Origin: Podospora anserina
Taxonomy: Eukaryota
Assembly: GCA_017654855.1 (NCBI GenBank)
Contig: CM030332.1
Coordinates: 4,154,001 to 4,218,000, forward strand
Length of the DNA: 64,000 nt
Reading direction: 5' to 3'
Shown here: piece after piece, positions 45,629 to 59,477 of the stretch
Position numbering within the stretch: position 1 is the first letter of the stretch
How the letters are laid out: each line of letters starts with the position of its first letter
Notes under the pieces: generated by a model
The model's input: the letters and a program-made list of their open reading frames with translations, nothing else
The model's database searches: none
What the model was told of the DNA's origin: nothing
Translations under genes and position numbers: made by a program

Positions 45629-46427
45629 ATGGGAAGCATAGACACCACCGGCTACAGCTTCACAGCCGGCCCCGAAACCGTCTCCTTTGACAGTTTCCTC
45701 TTCGACATGGACGGCACAATCATTGATTCCACCGCCGCCGTAGAGAAGCACTGGGAAGGGTAAGAGCCCTCACCCCCTCTTGTTCATATCAAACCCAGAA
45801 ATTAACCACTACCCCTCCAGCATCGGCAACGACATCGGCGTAAGCTCCGAAATCATCCTCCAAACCTCCCACGGCCGCCGAACAATAGACATGCTCAAGA
45901 TACTCGCCCCGGAAAAGGCCACCTGGGAATACGTCCAATCCAGGGAAGCCCTCCTCCCCAAACTCTACGGCTCCGACGCCGTCGAGATCCCCGGCGCCCG
46001 CTCCCTCCTCGATTCCCTCATCGCCCTCTCTGCCCCCTGGACAATCGTCACGTCTGGCTCCCTTCCCCTCGTAAGCGGGTGGCTCAAGGTCCTTGACCTG
46101 CCTGTCCCGGAACACCTCGTCACGGCGGAGTCTGTGCAAAACGGCAAGCCAGATCCGGCCTGCTATCGTTTGGGGAGGGAGAAGCTAGGCGAGTCGGCGG
46201 GTGAGGGGAAGGAGGTTTTGGTGTTTGAGGATGCTCCTGCTGGGATCGAGGCTGGGAAGGCGGCTGGGTGCAGGGTTGTTGGGTTGGTGACTTCTCACAG
46301 TGTGGAGGAGGTTTTGTCTGCTGGGCCGGATTGGGTGGTGAAGGATCTGACGGAGGTTAGGATTGTGAGGAGGGAGGAGGATGGGAGGGTTGTGCTGGAG
46401 ATTGGGGGGTTGTTGGTGAGGAATTAG
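45629..46427 (+). CDS. HAD-superfamily phosphatase (glycerol-3-phosphate / 2-deoxyglucose-6-phosphate phosphatase-like); exons 45629-45759 and 45821-46427
   Basis: Motif I FLFDMDGTIIDST, SHGRR, motif II IVTSG, motif III GKPDP, motif IV VFEDAPAGI. Intron 45760-45820 (GTAAGA..CAG). Confidence 0.92.
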
Positions 46428-49400
46428 GGGTGAGAGTTGGGAAAGGGGCGTTTGGGTGATGGACTGGAAGGAGGATAGATGCTACAGGATCACTGTTCGG
46501 GGCTATGGGACATGGTATGGCTGTTAATAGATGGAATATCGGCATTTTCATGGGTTTTACCAGCAAATGCCTGCAATTATTTGGTGCGTGTTGGATTAGG
46601 GAAGTATGTGAAGTGTTAAAGATCCTGCGTGATATGTGAGCTGCATATTTAGTCGCGGTGAATGAAAGAGCAGAAAACTCAAGAAAATCTACATTTAGCT
46701 AGTGGAGATATGAGCAATGATCCTTGAGATCGGAAACTGGTCTCAGGCGGGTGTTTAAGAAGTATTTCAACGGTATCCCTATGAGGCGTCAGGTTGAGGT
46801 CTTTGACAATAAGCAGGACCAAAATGAAGCTTTGCGTTTTGGATAACCTGTTGGTTCTTTCAACTTTCATCATATGGAGGCCCTGGGTACTTTGACATAG
46901 GTCACCAAGTCATCCATAGTAGATATTACAGGGGCTAGGGAGAGATGTAAACAGAGGTCAGTCCACTGTTGTTTAAACCATACCTTACATATTCACTAAA
47001 TGCCGACAAGTATACCTGATAGCCGACAAACCCCGGTAGCTAGAACTCAGTAAAGATAACGGCCCAACAGTCAAAGATGCGCCGCTTGGTAGGCATGTCT
47101 CATCAAGGTACACATCTACTCTCACATTTCAGTTCTTACATCCAACAGAACAACGCCATAGACCCTCACAGCTGACATGGACTCAGGCCTTGCCATGAGA
47201 TTAGACAAACGAATGATCTGTACCCTGAATCATCAGCAGAAAAGCATGACGCAGTCTCAGTAACGTACGTTTGCTTCAACGGTGACGTTGACGATGGCTG
47301 TCTCATGGAACTCTACGTCAACATCATCAAGATCAACAAAAGCAAATCCAACTCGAGACATGAGCAGCAGTGATGACGGCGGCAAGCTCTTTTGACACAT
47401 TTCGCCGACGATCCAAGATCGACATGATACCTATCTACCTCGCCGCCACGCTTTCCCCCAGAAAAAGACCACCACCAAAACCTCCCAATGTCCTTTTTGC
47501 CATCCTAAAGTTCCTCACCGTTACTCACCGAGAACGAGATCAATGTCTCGGCTAACTCAACATCCACCCACCTGATTCCTTTTCTTCTTCCCAAACCTCC
47601 CACCCGTCCCCGAGTGTCTCGGTCTGTGTCTTCCTCCAGCTCCCCACCCGCCATGAGCTAACTTTAGCATTATCCACGGCATCCTTTCCCACCCATCCAT
47701 GTACATACACTACATTATTCCGCTCTCCTCTCCTCCTCCTCTAACCCATGAATGTATCCTTTCGCCACCCCTCGGAAGCGGGAAGACAACAACAGCAGCT
47801 CAAGAAAACAACAGTGCGAGGTTACCCCCCCTAAACCCCCCTCCCCCCCCAGAAGAGGAAAAAAACTGACGACAAACAACGTCACATAAGAAGTCTAGAA
47901 GCCGATCGGCACATGTAGGCCACCGGGTTCAAAACTAAAAAGTTCCTCCTCGTGGCACTAAAACACACATCAACTGCACTGCTGCGCTGCAATAAAAGCC
48001 GAGTTCACTCCAGCCCAGTCGAGGCCAACCCCCCCCCCCCTCCTTCCCACCTCTCAGCCCAAACCCTAACCGAAGCCTGCCCCCGGGATGTCTTGCGGCG
48101 TCCCCGGTGAGGTGCCGGTTCGCCTCGCGCTGATCATCACCCTCTTCTTCCAGTCTACTACTGCAGAACACACCACGCGAGGAGGGGAAGAGGAAAAAAG
48201 ATGCGGGGGAAACACAACAATCCTACCTCCCTTGTGCCCTTTGGGCTAGTGTATACACAACCAGCCCATCCCATTTTCATCATTTTTACCTGTCCTAGTG
48301 TAGTTCCTAGTAACCGGCAAGTGGTGTGTAAACATCCCTTCACCATCCAGAGGAATGTTGAACATGATGATATCCCTTTCACTTTCCCGTCAACGGAGGC
48401 CGCATATAATGCAGAAAAAAGGTGGAAATAACACTTCCCTCCCTCCCCTTGCCGCCCGCATGGAATAAAATGTTTTTGGGAAATAAGAAAGAAGAAGAAA
48501 AGAGCAGCAAGCAGGTACACACATAACACATAACACAGTCACGCAGTCAGGCGGCAATGAACGGCGGCCAACCCACCCCCCACCGTCTTTGCACTCGCAA
48601 AATGGCACAAGCACACACAACGCGCTGACCTCATGGTTAGAAATCTTGGGGAAAGCAAAGGTGTGTGTGGGTGTCATGACAGGGGGGGGGGGGTCCATCA
48701 CAACCGTGCGAGAAGGCGCGCGCGTCAAATGTGTGCGGGATGCTCATCAATCCTCCCTTTCTGCAGTCTACCAGGGGGAAATTTGAGAAAGCACCCTTCT
48801 GTCCCGTGGCGGCGGCTGCGGCGATAACCGATTGATACCTTTCATTCACGCGTTCACGTTGGGAGGGATACCTATCTCAGCTCTTACCCGGGGATCGAGA
48901 AGAAGAGGGAGGGGGCGGTTAACGAAATCGGGATCTCGGGTACAAGAAGAGTGAGTCTGACTGATAGAGAACACACATACAGATGTGTAACCCAGGTGAC
49001 GAAAGGGTATAAAAGAGCAAAAGAGTGCGGAATTTGTTGCGGCCGCTTGCATGACGGCGGGGAGGGCAAAAAGTTGTGAGCCCCGTCCTGACATATCGAA
49101 AATTAGTCCGACTCTGAAAATCTCACTGTTGTGTAAACATCTTGCACATCCTCTTTAAATTGGTCGGCGATTTGCGTAACGATAGAGTTATCGTTCCTGC
49201 ATAACCCGTCAGGCATTCGTGCGAAGAAGACGTCTCAAATCAATCTTGGTATCCAAAGAAAAAAACAGATCAACACAGCCTCGGGCCGTTGAGCTAACAC
49301 AGCATATAAGACTGGAATGGCGAACAACAACAAGTTTCCAACAACACACAAAAAAAGAAACTCCGATGGACGGATGGACGGACGAGGGCTGATGCGTGGC

Positions 49401-49874
49401 GTTTTCCCTGGACAAACTGGCAAGGGAAAACGTCCGACGACGAGTGCTGTGCTGCCCCCTTTTTCCCCTGCAGGAAAAAGAAGAAGCATTTGGGTGGTTT
49501 TGATTTCCGACCTGAGACTTCGTTTCCTGCAGGAACAAGAGACAGGATCGACCATCACGCATTATGTTGAGTATCTGCAGTCAATTCATTAGCCCATGCC
49601 ATAGATGCGGCTCAAAATCCACAGAATTAGAATCTGTAAAGTCTGTGAGGGCCGTAAATGAATCTTAAATTACTTCCCCCACGTTGCATTTGCAGCCTCC
49701 CATCATTGATTCGTCTGCTGCCCTCGACGGGATCCAGGGAGCTCCCGTTGCCGAACAAGACGATCGACGACCGATCTGATTAACCTCTGATCGCCTGTCA
49801 GCGTCCCCGTCAGAAGGCTTGTCAGTCAGTCGTTCAAATATCCCAACTTGCCTGTCGTCATGGAGATGATGAAA

Positions 49875-49898
49875 ATGATGATGATGATGATGATGATG
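49875..49898. repeat. (ATG)8 microsatellite
   Basis: Read directly. Confidence 0.9.
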
Positions 49899-52800
49899 AA
49901 CAACCCACCGCCCAGATGAAGAGGTTGAATTCCCGTGTCCTCGTCCTCGCACCAGGCAGAACGGTGTGGGCTTGCCGATAAACACTGTGCCCGTTGGAGG
50001 ATGCAGGGATTTTCACCATGTACCTGCTTGTACCTTTTGGTCATGTTATCCAACAGGGAGCTTTGGACAAGGCTCCCCTCCAGACACACACGTGGCCGCC
50101 CGGGCCAGCAAATAATCCTAATCTCCTGGCCCCTGGGACGTGCTCCATCAGGGCGTCAAACACTATTCTTTCTGACCGTGGGCGGTGAACCTCTGATTCA
50201 GGTACCGATGTTGGATGAGCACAAAAGGTTCGCCGTGGTTCAGCGTTTGGCCGTCCATTGAGACCGCTGGTGGAAGCGATTCGCCTTCAGTCACTCACTG
50301 TGATTGTCTACCGCGAAGGACTGGTTGTGACTGCTGGCAGCGCGCGCGGCGGGTTACGAGCTGGTTTCCTGCTTGAGCAGCCCCGTCATCCATGACAGCG
50401 TTACACTCGGATTCAGTCGTGTCCCCCGCCCCGCCGCGGCTCTGGAGCCGGATCAAAAGCTTCGATAAGGTGAAGGAAGGTCCACTCTTGGCCGCCCGGC
50501 GCTGCGGACAAAAATGTTAGACCGTTGTTAAGCTTGCCTTGGACACTGCTTACCACCACTGTTGGACCGTCATCTTGGCCGCTACTTGCATTAGCTTTGG
50601 CTTCCTCTACGAACTGCCGGTGCTCACTACTATCATCGAACATTCGTTGCCGACTTCTTCATGGCAGTCAACCATGGATGGCACAGGATGGGTGTTATGT
50701 TATGAAGGCTGTACAGCACCGTAGCACACAGATCCCACGCATTGACCCGTACGCGAACCAATGAGCAAGGCTGGCGTGGGAGTTCGACGCAATGCTACTC
50801 ATCTGCTTGTCGTTCAAAGCTGTGATTCCGTGTGTCAGCAAGATACGGATAACGCTGGGGAGATACGTACGCTGAAATGTACAAGAAAAGTTCCCGATCA
50901 GACCTTTGAGTTTGACATGTCGAAATGATCTGTTGAGACACCGACTGGCCTTGGCTCGCCTGATGACATCGAAACTGTGCTGCTGGAGCTGATTCGATCG
51001 CTTGCCGTAGGCTCATTGCTGTTTCTTTTCTTCGTCTGAGCAGTCGTTCTGATGCCCATGAGCTGCGTGGGTTGTGACGTACGGCTGGTGATACGGGCCC
51101 ACCTAGGTAACTTCTCAGAGACGGCCGATGTGACTGTGGTTTTTGTCCTATATCGCACATCTTAAGAAAATCCGGGATAGGGGAGCTTGGGCTTGAGCGC
51201 CCGCAATTTCGTAATCACTTGCTGAGACCCATCAGCCAAAGAGAAGGCCATCCTCAAGCCACAAGATGCAGAGCGGGATGCACCCGAACCAGCCTCTGGT
51301 CTCCGGTCTGCTTTGTTGCGCCAACCGAGTATGCATCTGCTCTCCAACCGCAGCATCTTCCTGCTTCGGAGTGTTGAAAAGTGCCGAATGCTTGGTAGGA
51401 GAAGCAGGAAGAAAAGGGGACAGCATTCTGATCGGACGGGATGTCTGAAGATTTCGGCATGGTGGTTTTCCAACCGAACGGTCTTTTTGCAGAGTGTCAC
51501 CCCCACTCTAGAGTGCGACAGAACGGGCGCCATAAATAGAAATGTGCATCCACTGTAGCAGCACGTCTCCTGTATTCGGACTGTAGCGTAGTGCTGGGAA
51601 ATGCGGTGTTACGGTGCGGCGCCGTGTCTTCGACTTCTTGTCCAACAAATCTCCGTCAGGTTGTGGAATTCTGATGGATGGGAAATCATCAGCTGCAAGT
51701 GACGCCCGGGAACCACATAAGCTGCCGCACCCGTCCAACTTGGTTGCCGTCATGGCAGCGCCGACGGGCGGTATCTGTGCCTCTTCGGTGAGGTGAGCTT
51801 TCACCTCATCACCTCATCTGCAGAGCAGGATGCACATCATCCTTGAGCGGGGTAATCTACGAGGCGCGTGCCTGGAGGAGAGAATCCCATGGTTGGGAGG
51901 GTTGGGGGTTGTCAAAGTCGTACGGTATTTTTTTTCTTCTTTATCCCTCTTCACCATCGCAGGGTGGTATCGAGAAGTGTTGGATGTCACCGTGTTGCCT
52001 GTTCGAGTGCTGCTCCAGTTGCTACTCCAGTGCTGCTGTTGTCGGTGGAGTTCGTTCGAGTTGGAGTCTGTCATCAGGCGACTTCTGGATATCTCTTCCT
52101 GCAGCAGGGCGGGAAACGGCAAGGTTTGGCGGTCGTCGGTGCATCAGGCGAATCAGAAGAGGCGGTAAGCGAAAGCGGCCGGTGTGGACTGGCATCCGCT
52201 GCCATCTGGCGGCCACCTCAGCGGGGAGTGCTAGGAAGAGAGAAGGAACTTCTCGACAACCCCGCGATAATTGTTCCTGACCTTGCAAGGATGCCGATTG
52301 CATCAGACAGCTGCAGCGCGAGGCTTGTTTGCTTTGCCGCAACTGTCAACTCCACCGCTATTTCTCCCTCACGAAACACTGGTGCGAAGCTATTCCCTCA
52401 ACGGCTTCTAGAGAAATCCCAATGGGGTGGGAGCCGGGAAAAATGCTTGGTGTGGAGTTGGCACTCAACCTCAACTTCTTCAACAACACCAACAGACTCG
52501 TACAAAGACGCAGTGAGATGCTCGGTTACACAGACACTGTCGTCAAGACGTAGGACATGTCTCTGGTCATCCAGTCAGAAACCGTGGAGCAACACGTTGA
52601 AGGACCCGCCTCGCCGATTTCAGGACCTCCCTAACAGATATCGTGAGAGAAGGGCCAAAGGGCTTCTTCGCCTACACTAGTTTTGGTGTCGATCCGGCAG
52701 CAACCGGCGGCGGCTGGACTTGAGGCTGAGGCGCCGGCATAGGACGACCCTTCGGCACCGAATTACGGGTTGGCATTCTGTTCACGGCGTGTCGCCTCCC

Positions 52801-55078
52801 AGGAAATTGGATGAGATGCAAGTTACAGCCAACAGGAGATCCTGCCACGCCGTTCTTGTGCTTTGTGCTCTGATGGAAGATGCGCAACTCCGAGTCGTCT
52901 CGGAAATCAAGTGACGCTCTCTTTCGAGGTTCAAGTTCAACAGATGAGATGGACAGGACAACAACAATAACAGCAGCGAGTTATCATCAGATTCATCACA
53001 ACGAGATGTCGCTGACTCGCTGATGAGCAATGGTGGAGGCAGTGGCTGAGGGTGGCATAACCCCACACTTTGGTGGCAGCGCAGAGACCATATCCGATAT
53101 GGCCCGTGCAAATTCCACTGGGTGTTGCCTGCCTTTTGCTTTCTTTCTCGTTCAGCAATCTTATGCTGTGGAAACCATGGTGTTACAAACCCGTCGACCC
53201 CCTTTTGAGATGGCATCGAACTGATCAGACAGATCGCAGCCAGCCGCAGCCATCGCACCCCGATTGGTGTTCCCTGCCACGCCTGCGTTGAGTGATGAGC
53301 TCTCGACTCGTCACGCGAATGTCTTCGATGTCTCTCCCTTGTCCCTAGCACTGGTCTGGTCTCCTGGTCTCCTGGTCTCTCTGGCTCCCGAGGCACGGTG
53401 CCTCCCGGCTTCGGGCGGTTGGCTTTTCTTTCTCTCTCCCACACGATTCCACTCCTCCATCTTTCCTCCGCCTCTCAGAAGTTCTCGGCTTCGGCACCGT
53501 ATCTTTAACCCCACACAGTGCACCCATCCCACAGCAACAGCTCCGCTCCCCAGGGGCTCTAGCTCGCGCTCGACCCGCCCGGCATCCCTTCCACGAGGCT
53601 CCGGCTCCGCCAACGGCTTTTCCTATTGCTCAGGCTCATCACCTCAGAGTTTTCCCTCCGAGCTGCAGGGTCTTGTGGCCCAGGAGTCCAGATGCCTTCA
53701 GTACGGACGGATGCCCAACTCGCAAAATCTCCCGATCACAGAGCAACCAAAAGCCGCCAGGGGTCTACATACATAGGTAGCCTGCAGGGTGGCACCGACG
53801 CTGCCACTTGGGTCTTGATCCAGGGACGCTGTGGCTCTGTGCGAGCTGGTGTTCAGGATGCAAGGATGTGTAAGGGACGCCAAGAATGTCCAGGCGGGGA
53901 GCTCGGGACCAGGCCAGGGTGGGATTTCTCGTCCCAAGGGGTACCCAGAGGTTCCAACCACTCCCAGTGCCCGGCGTCCGCTCACGCTCAAGCTCCTACT
54001 CCCAGCCTCTGCCTCTGCCTCTGCAGTCCCACGCCGCCTGCCCACCCGCCTGCAGTCTGTACTGACAGCGCGCTGCCCTCCTCCTCCTTGCTCGCTGCAA
54101 GTGACCCTGGCTTGTGTGAAAATGCCCCGGGGAGCCGGTCGCCCCAGCACACCCCAAGGTCTTGGTGCTGCTCACCAAAAGGTCCACAGCTTGCCCGAGG
54201 TGCCTATCAGAGCGCCCACGTTCGTCCTTCGTACCCAGTGGTACCTCGTGGAGAGAACTCACCCTGGGTCCCTGGCTGTCTCCCTGGTCCTACCCTTGTT
54301 GAGGGTCTCGCTCCTCGTTCGCCCACACACCACCTCACCATCTATGCCCCCATCACCACCATCCCCTTCCAAGCCCAGCCTGTGGCCCCAGCACCCGCCG
54401 CCTGCATGCCGAACCACACCACCCTCCTGCCGCTTCATGACCCGCGACACGTCCTGGAGCAGTGTCGAGTCTTGATGGGTTCTTACACGGCGAGAGCCTG
54501 GGTGATGCACGGCACGCAGCAGAGCACAGGTTCGGGACAAATAACAATGCCCCTTCTCCACTGCTACCCTCCCCCCCTTCGTTCCCTCTCGCCTTGCCCT
54601 GTCTTGTCCTGTTGTGACTGATGAGACTGTTCAGCAGCAAGTCCTCAGCAGGGAACAGAAAGAAGCTGCGAAAAAGTGAGACGGGGAGAGCCCTGTACAC
54701 GAGCTGTGTCTTGCCGTTCCGCTCCGGGTCTCGCCTCGCCCACCCCCCTCCCACCCCCGTTCAGTTCATCGCTCAGTCTTAAACTGGTTAAGACCTCCTG
54801 GCCGGGTGCCCACCCCATCCACGCGCTCCTCACCCCTGGTACCTTAGTGTCCTGATCGGGCCCACACGTTCTTTGACATTTCCCCCGTCCATATCACTCA
54901 AGAGTCCGCCTCACCCCAGTCACTCTTTTGTGTCCACCATCTCTGAGCCCGCAAAGACGCTGCCTCGTCTTCTGGGTCTTCTCGAGACAGCATCAATCTT
55001 CCTCACTCACGACACGCTCCCGGACGACGACGACGACGACGACACCTTCTACCGGACGGGTCGACCCAGTTGGACATC

Positions 55079-57071
55079 ATGGACATGGACTACATGGACC
55101 CTTACCGCCGATACGCCGTTCAGATGCAGGGCTATCATGGCATCCAGCAACAAACACAGCCCCAGGACCACCAGTATCCGTATTGGAGTCAGCATATGGT
55201 GGCCTACTACCAACAACACCAGCAAAGAGCAGTGATGATGGGACAGGGAGGCATGCACATGTCCAAACAGACAGAGCCCAAGCCAAGACTGGCAAAGGAC
55301 GAGGTGGAATTGTTGGAGCGCGAATTCAACAAGAACCCCAAGCCAAACAGCAGCACCAAGCGCGAGCTCGCTGAGCAAATGGGAGTGGAGGTTCCCAGGA
55401 TCAACGTTGGTCTACCGCAATGCGTAGGAAGTGTCGTATGCTAACGTGCTTTTGCAGAATTGGTTCCAAAACCGCCGGGCAAAAGAGAAGCAGATGAGAA
55501 AGACAGCCGAATTCGAGGCGCAACAGGCAAGAGAAAAGGAGGCTTCGGAGGTCAAGGAATCCGGTGACCAAGAGCAGGGTACCGTGACCGAGTTCTACGG
55601 CCTGAGCAACCAGCACCAACCTCTTGGGTTATCAACTGCCAAGTTTGGGGGGAGCGATGATGGCACTGATAGCGATGATGGCGCTTCAGGACCACAGCCT
55701 CTCATCGAGTCAGCGGGCGCTTCATCCACAGTAACGCCTGGAGGTGACACTCCAGTAAGCCCAGGGAGTGATTACGTTCACGTCAAGTATGAACACGTCA
55801 AATCGCCCGTTCACCGCTCACAAGACACATCGGACCTTGACCAGCCGTCAACAGCCATGAGCGCGTTCACCACGCCCCAACAGGAGATCAACTTTCAGCA
55901 GCCGACGCCTTTCAGCTTCAGGCAGGCGAACCCGGAGCTTTTGGATGGCTTGTCGGGCCATGAGCTGCACAGAGTCCAAAGCCAGGATCATATCGATACA
56001 GGGGAAACAAGTCACTTCGGCTCGTTCCCTGACCGAGACTATTTTGCGTCACCTCCCATCCCGCGCTTCCCGTCTGAAATGATACCCGAAAACTTGGTCA
56101 GCGCCGAAACCGAGCTTCTCCAACGCCGAGTATCCGAGGAAAATTTGGTGAAATGTGAAGCTCTGTCGCCGACTTCCTTGCCCGAGTCGCCCTTGACACT
56201 GTCAGACTTGCGCTTCAAATCCCCACCACCCCCAGCTGATATCGCTGGCCGCAGGAAATTGCGACGTCCAGCGCCTCTCGGACCATCCTCCTTGAGAGGT
56301 GGCGCTGGGCCGAAGGCGGGCATTGAAGCTCCTCGAAGATCAGAAACAGCAAGCCCGATGAGACGCATCTCTTCCGCTACGGGAGGCCTAGGTGGGCGCG
56401 TACAAAAGTCGTTCATGGGACCAGGTGGACCGAGGTCCCCGTTTGCGATGGAGCGCAACAAGGAGGCGCTTCTTCAGAGTCTCCAGGACGGCCAATCTCC
56501 CGCAATGGCTTCTTTGAACAGCGCCATGTCACCGTTGAGCCCTGGGGGACACAATCAGAGCGCGCGCGAAGGAACAGTTGGTATCAGTTCTTCAGATGAA
56601 GAGGCTGGCTTTGCGTATGGGTCCCTTGGTGCCGTGGGCGGGTTTTCCATGTATAAATCCGAGGCCACCATGAAGACACCACCAGGGACTCCGGGTCTAC
56701 AAATGGGTATGCAAGACGCATACTTCACAGGCTCCATGGACCACGCCTGGAACTTCGCCCCACAGGACGAACCCCTTCCCACGCCAAGCCTCTGCAGCCA
56801 CGGGGGATCCGAGCTTGAGTTCTCGATGGCGCCTCAGATGCCTGGTTATGTGGCCAGCCAGCCTGTGACACCCTCATTTCCGCCACAGTCCATGGGCCCA
56901 ACATACAACGGTTTTTTTGGCCCTTCGCTCGCCCAAACCGAATATCACTTCCCCGACTCTTATGCAACTGAGCCATCAGCACGATCTTCGCCCACCAACA
57001 TGCCACGATCGAAGCAGTTCCAGTTTGCTCAAAATATCACCCCCCAGGACTTCAGTGCGGACAAGTCATAA
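55079..57071 (+). CDS. pah1: Homeodomain transcription factor of the Podospora pah1 / Neurospora kal-1 type; exons 55079-55405 and 55458-57071
   Basis: Homeodomain TEPKPRLAKDEVELLEREF.KNPKP....KRELAEQMGVEVPRIN|NWFQNRRAKEK, split by intron 55406-55457 (GTTGGT..GCTAAC..CAG). Downstream block FKSPPPPADIA.RR..RRPAPL. Several in-frame ATGs make the exact start uncertain. Confidence 0.88.
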
Positions 57072-57288
57072 ACCGTCAGTGTTCTGATTTCTGGCCCCTC
57101 GAAATCGAAGCGGGCCGTTGTACCATTATCATTTTTTGTTTTGTTTTATGCATGCAACAAAAATCGTCTTGACCGAGTTTCTTTTGTCTTTGTTTTCGGA
57201 GTCGGGACGGTTGGAGTCGCGCAGCCCCTATAAACGTGGGATACGGCTTCGGTTCTTCAAACGACTTATCAGCAACAATTACTTGACA

Positions 57289-57303
57289 ACACACACACAC
57301 ACA

Positions 57304-57344
<41 letters not shown>
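57289..57344. repeat. Compound microsatellite (AC)8(TC)9(AC)11 in the probable homeobox-gene 3' UTR
   Basis: Read directly. Confidence 0.93.
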
Positions 57345-59222
57345 GGAAAAGTGGACTCACTTAATGTAATGATATACGGATATGTGTCTTTTCTGGCTTC
57401 TTATGTCTTTTTTTTTCTTTCTGGGAGGGTGGGGGAGGTTTGGTCAACGGAATTGGTATTGGCTTTGGATACCCCTGCTGGGCATGAGAGAAAGGGGTTG
57501 TCCATCCCTTGGCTCTCACCTTGCGTTACCTGGCGTCGGATGGATTCAATGCTGTAGTATAGGCATCATCTCAGCGGCAGCGGTGGTGCTGGTAGCATTT
57601 CGGGGGAGCATACACACAGCAGACATGGTGGAGGATATGGCTGTGATGAAAGAGGGATGCGGGAGAGAAAAAAAGATGTGGAAGCATATTTTGTATAAAG
57701 TCCGTCGTAAACGAAATGGACAGAAAATGGGACACAGGAAAGAAGGCGGGAGGAGAAACCTGTTATGTACCTGATATATATACAACATGGAGCACTGGCA
57801 GAGAAATCCGCCTGAGGCGCAATGGTTGAAGAAGAACAAAGAAACAACAGTTTGGCCGCGGCCGCTGATATTTGAACATGATTTCCGTTTCCCATACTGT
57901 CAACATGTGGTGGCATTCTGCCTTTTCCAGATTTCACTCTTACTAGCTTCAATATATTGTGTTGCGTTTCGTTTTTGCTGCTTGCGGCCCGGGCCGCGGG
58001 GAAGTGGGAGGGGGTCAAATAAGCATATGTATGATCTGCTCGGTAAAGGTAGCCGAGTTGATAGTGTGGATGGAGATTTTTGGGGGTGGGAATTCAATGA
58101 TCTGCATCAAGTGCCTTAGAAGTGTAACAATTCGCCAAGATAAAATAGATTGATTTTCTCTGAGGAGGGGGGCGGGGCGGATGTTGTAACCCGTCCGGTT
58201 GTTTTTGTGGGTTGTGGGAGTTTTTTGGTTTGGTGGTTGGTTACACTTGGGGAAAGGAAGACCCTTGGGAGTTTGGTAGTATGCGCATAGCCGCCGGGTA
58301 AATGTTGATACTTTATTGCCATGACGTGTTTGGTTGGTGTTGGTGGCCGTATGCTGTGAAGCAAGGGCCTTTTGGTTTTAAATGTTGTGGAGAGGAGGAG
58401 AGACTTTGCTCTTTGGATCGGAGTTATGAACTAAACCCCTCGCCTTTAAGCGCTGACCAACTACCGCCAGGTTAGGTAGGTAGAGTGGTGGGATTGTTAG
58501 ATCTAGACATGCATAACATACCTAACTTTAGTTGGCGATTTGAGATCGATCCATCACACTGCGAGGAGATCGATCCTACTGCTTAATGCGTACCTGCCCT
58601 ACCTTATGTACGTGGCTGAGATCCTAGGCAATAGCTTATCTCTCTGAGCCTGTTGGTTAGGTACTTGCTGGTACTCATTCACCACCAACAACAACTGCTA
58701 AGTTCGCCTTTGATTAGCCCAAAACAGACGGCTATAAATTTAGAGGTAACGATCAGTGCGGGTTGTTGCCATTCCTTTGAGGGTGGTATTATAGCCCCAG
58801 GATATTGTTGAGTAAGTATAGAGAGGTGGGCAGCATCAAACAGATTCCAATATTATTCATCACATAACCTCGAAGTTGGAGCAGTTGGCTAACAACAAGC
58901 CCACCTGTTACATCAATAAACTTCCATTGCACGTCGTGGGTGGCGATAGACGAAAAAGGCCTACATGCAGCCCTTTACAAAAGCCAAAGGTGGAAAAGCC
59001 GATGAACCATATAACAACAAGATCCAGAGGTCAGTAGGTAGCATGAGGAAATTGGCACACTTCATATACCAGTTCATAAATTCTTGTTGCCTTGTAGCAC
59101 CTATCTGACCAATATTGACCACCCTATCAATTCCACTCCCCTCTGATGAAAAGAGCAACATGCCAAAAATGTAGAAATACCCTCCATCATCCCTCCCTTT
59201 GTTGCCCCCTTCAGTCATACAT

Positions 59223-59244
59223 ACACACACACACACACACACAC
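59223..59244. repeat. (AC)11 microsatellite in the probable SSK2 3' UTR
   Basis: Read directly. Confidence 0.9.
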
Positions 59245-59477
59245 CAAATTTTTAAATTTTTTTTAAAAAAAATAGGAGAGAAGAATGAGATCCAAAAAAA
59301 ACCCAAGGGGTATCCATTTCGTTTTCGTTTCGTGGTTTCGCTCAATGTGTACAACAAACATCTTTCAAAAGCGAACATGGTTCGCCTGCCTTTGGTCATG
59401 TAGTGCTGAGTAAATAAGTACCATAACACCCCATACAAAAAGAAAACAATGGGGCCATTAAGCATCACCCACCCAAC

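Noticed and set aside
48061..48071. AAACCCTAACC as a telomerase RNA template
   Set aside because: A single short match expected by chance; I could not identify a pseudoknot or CR4/5-like element.
53626..54621. 331-aa ORF upstream of the homeobox gene
   Set aside because: Non-ATG start, Pro/Ser/Cys-rich composition expected from GC-rich non-coding DNA, and no codon bias or domain.
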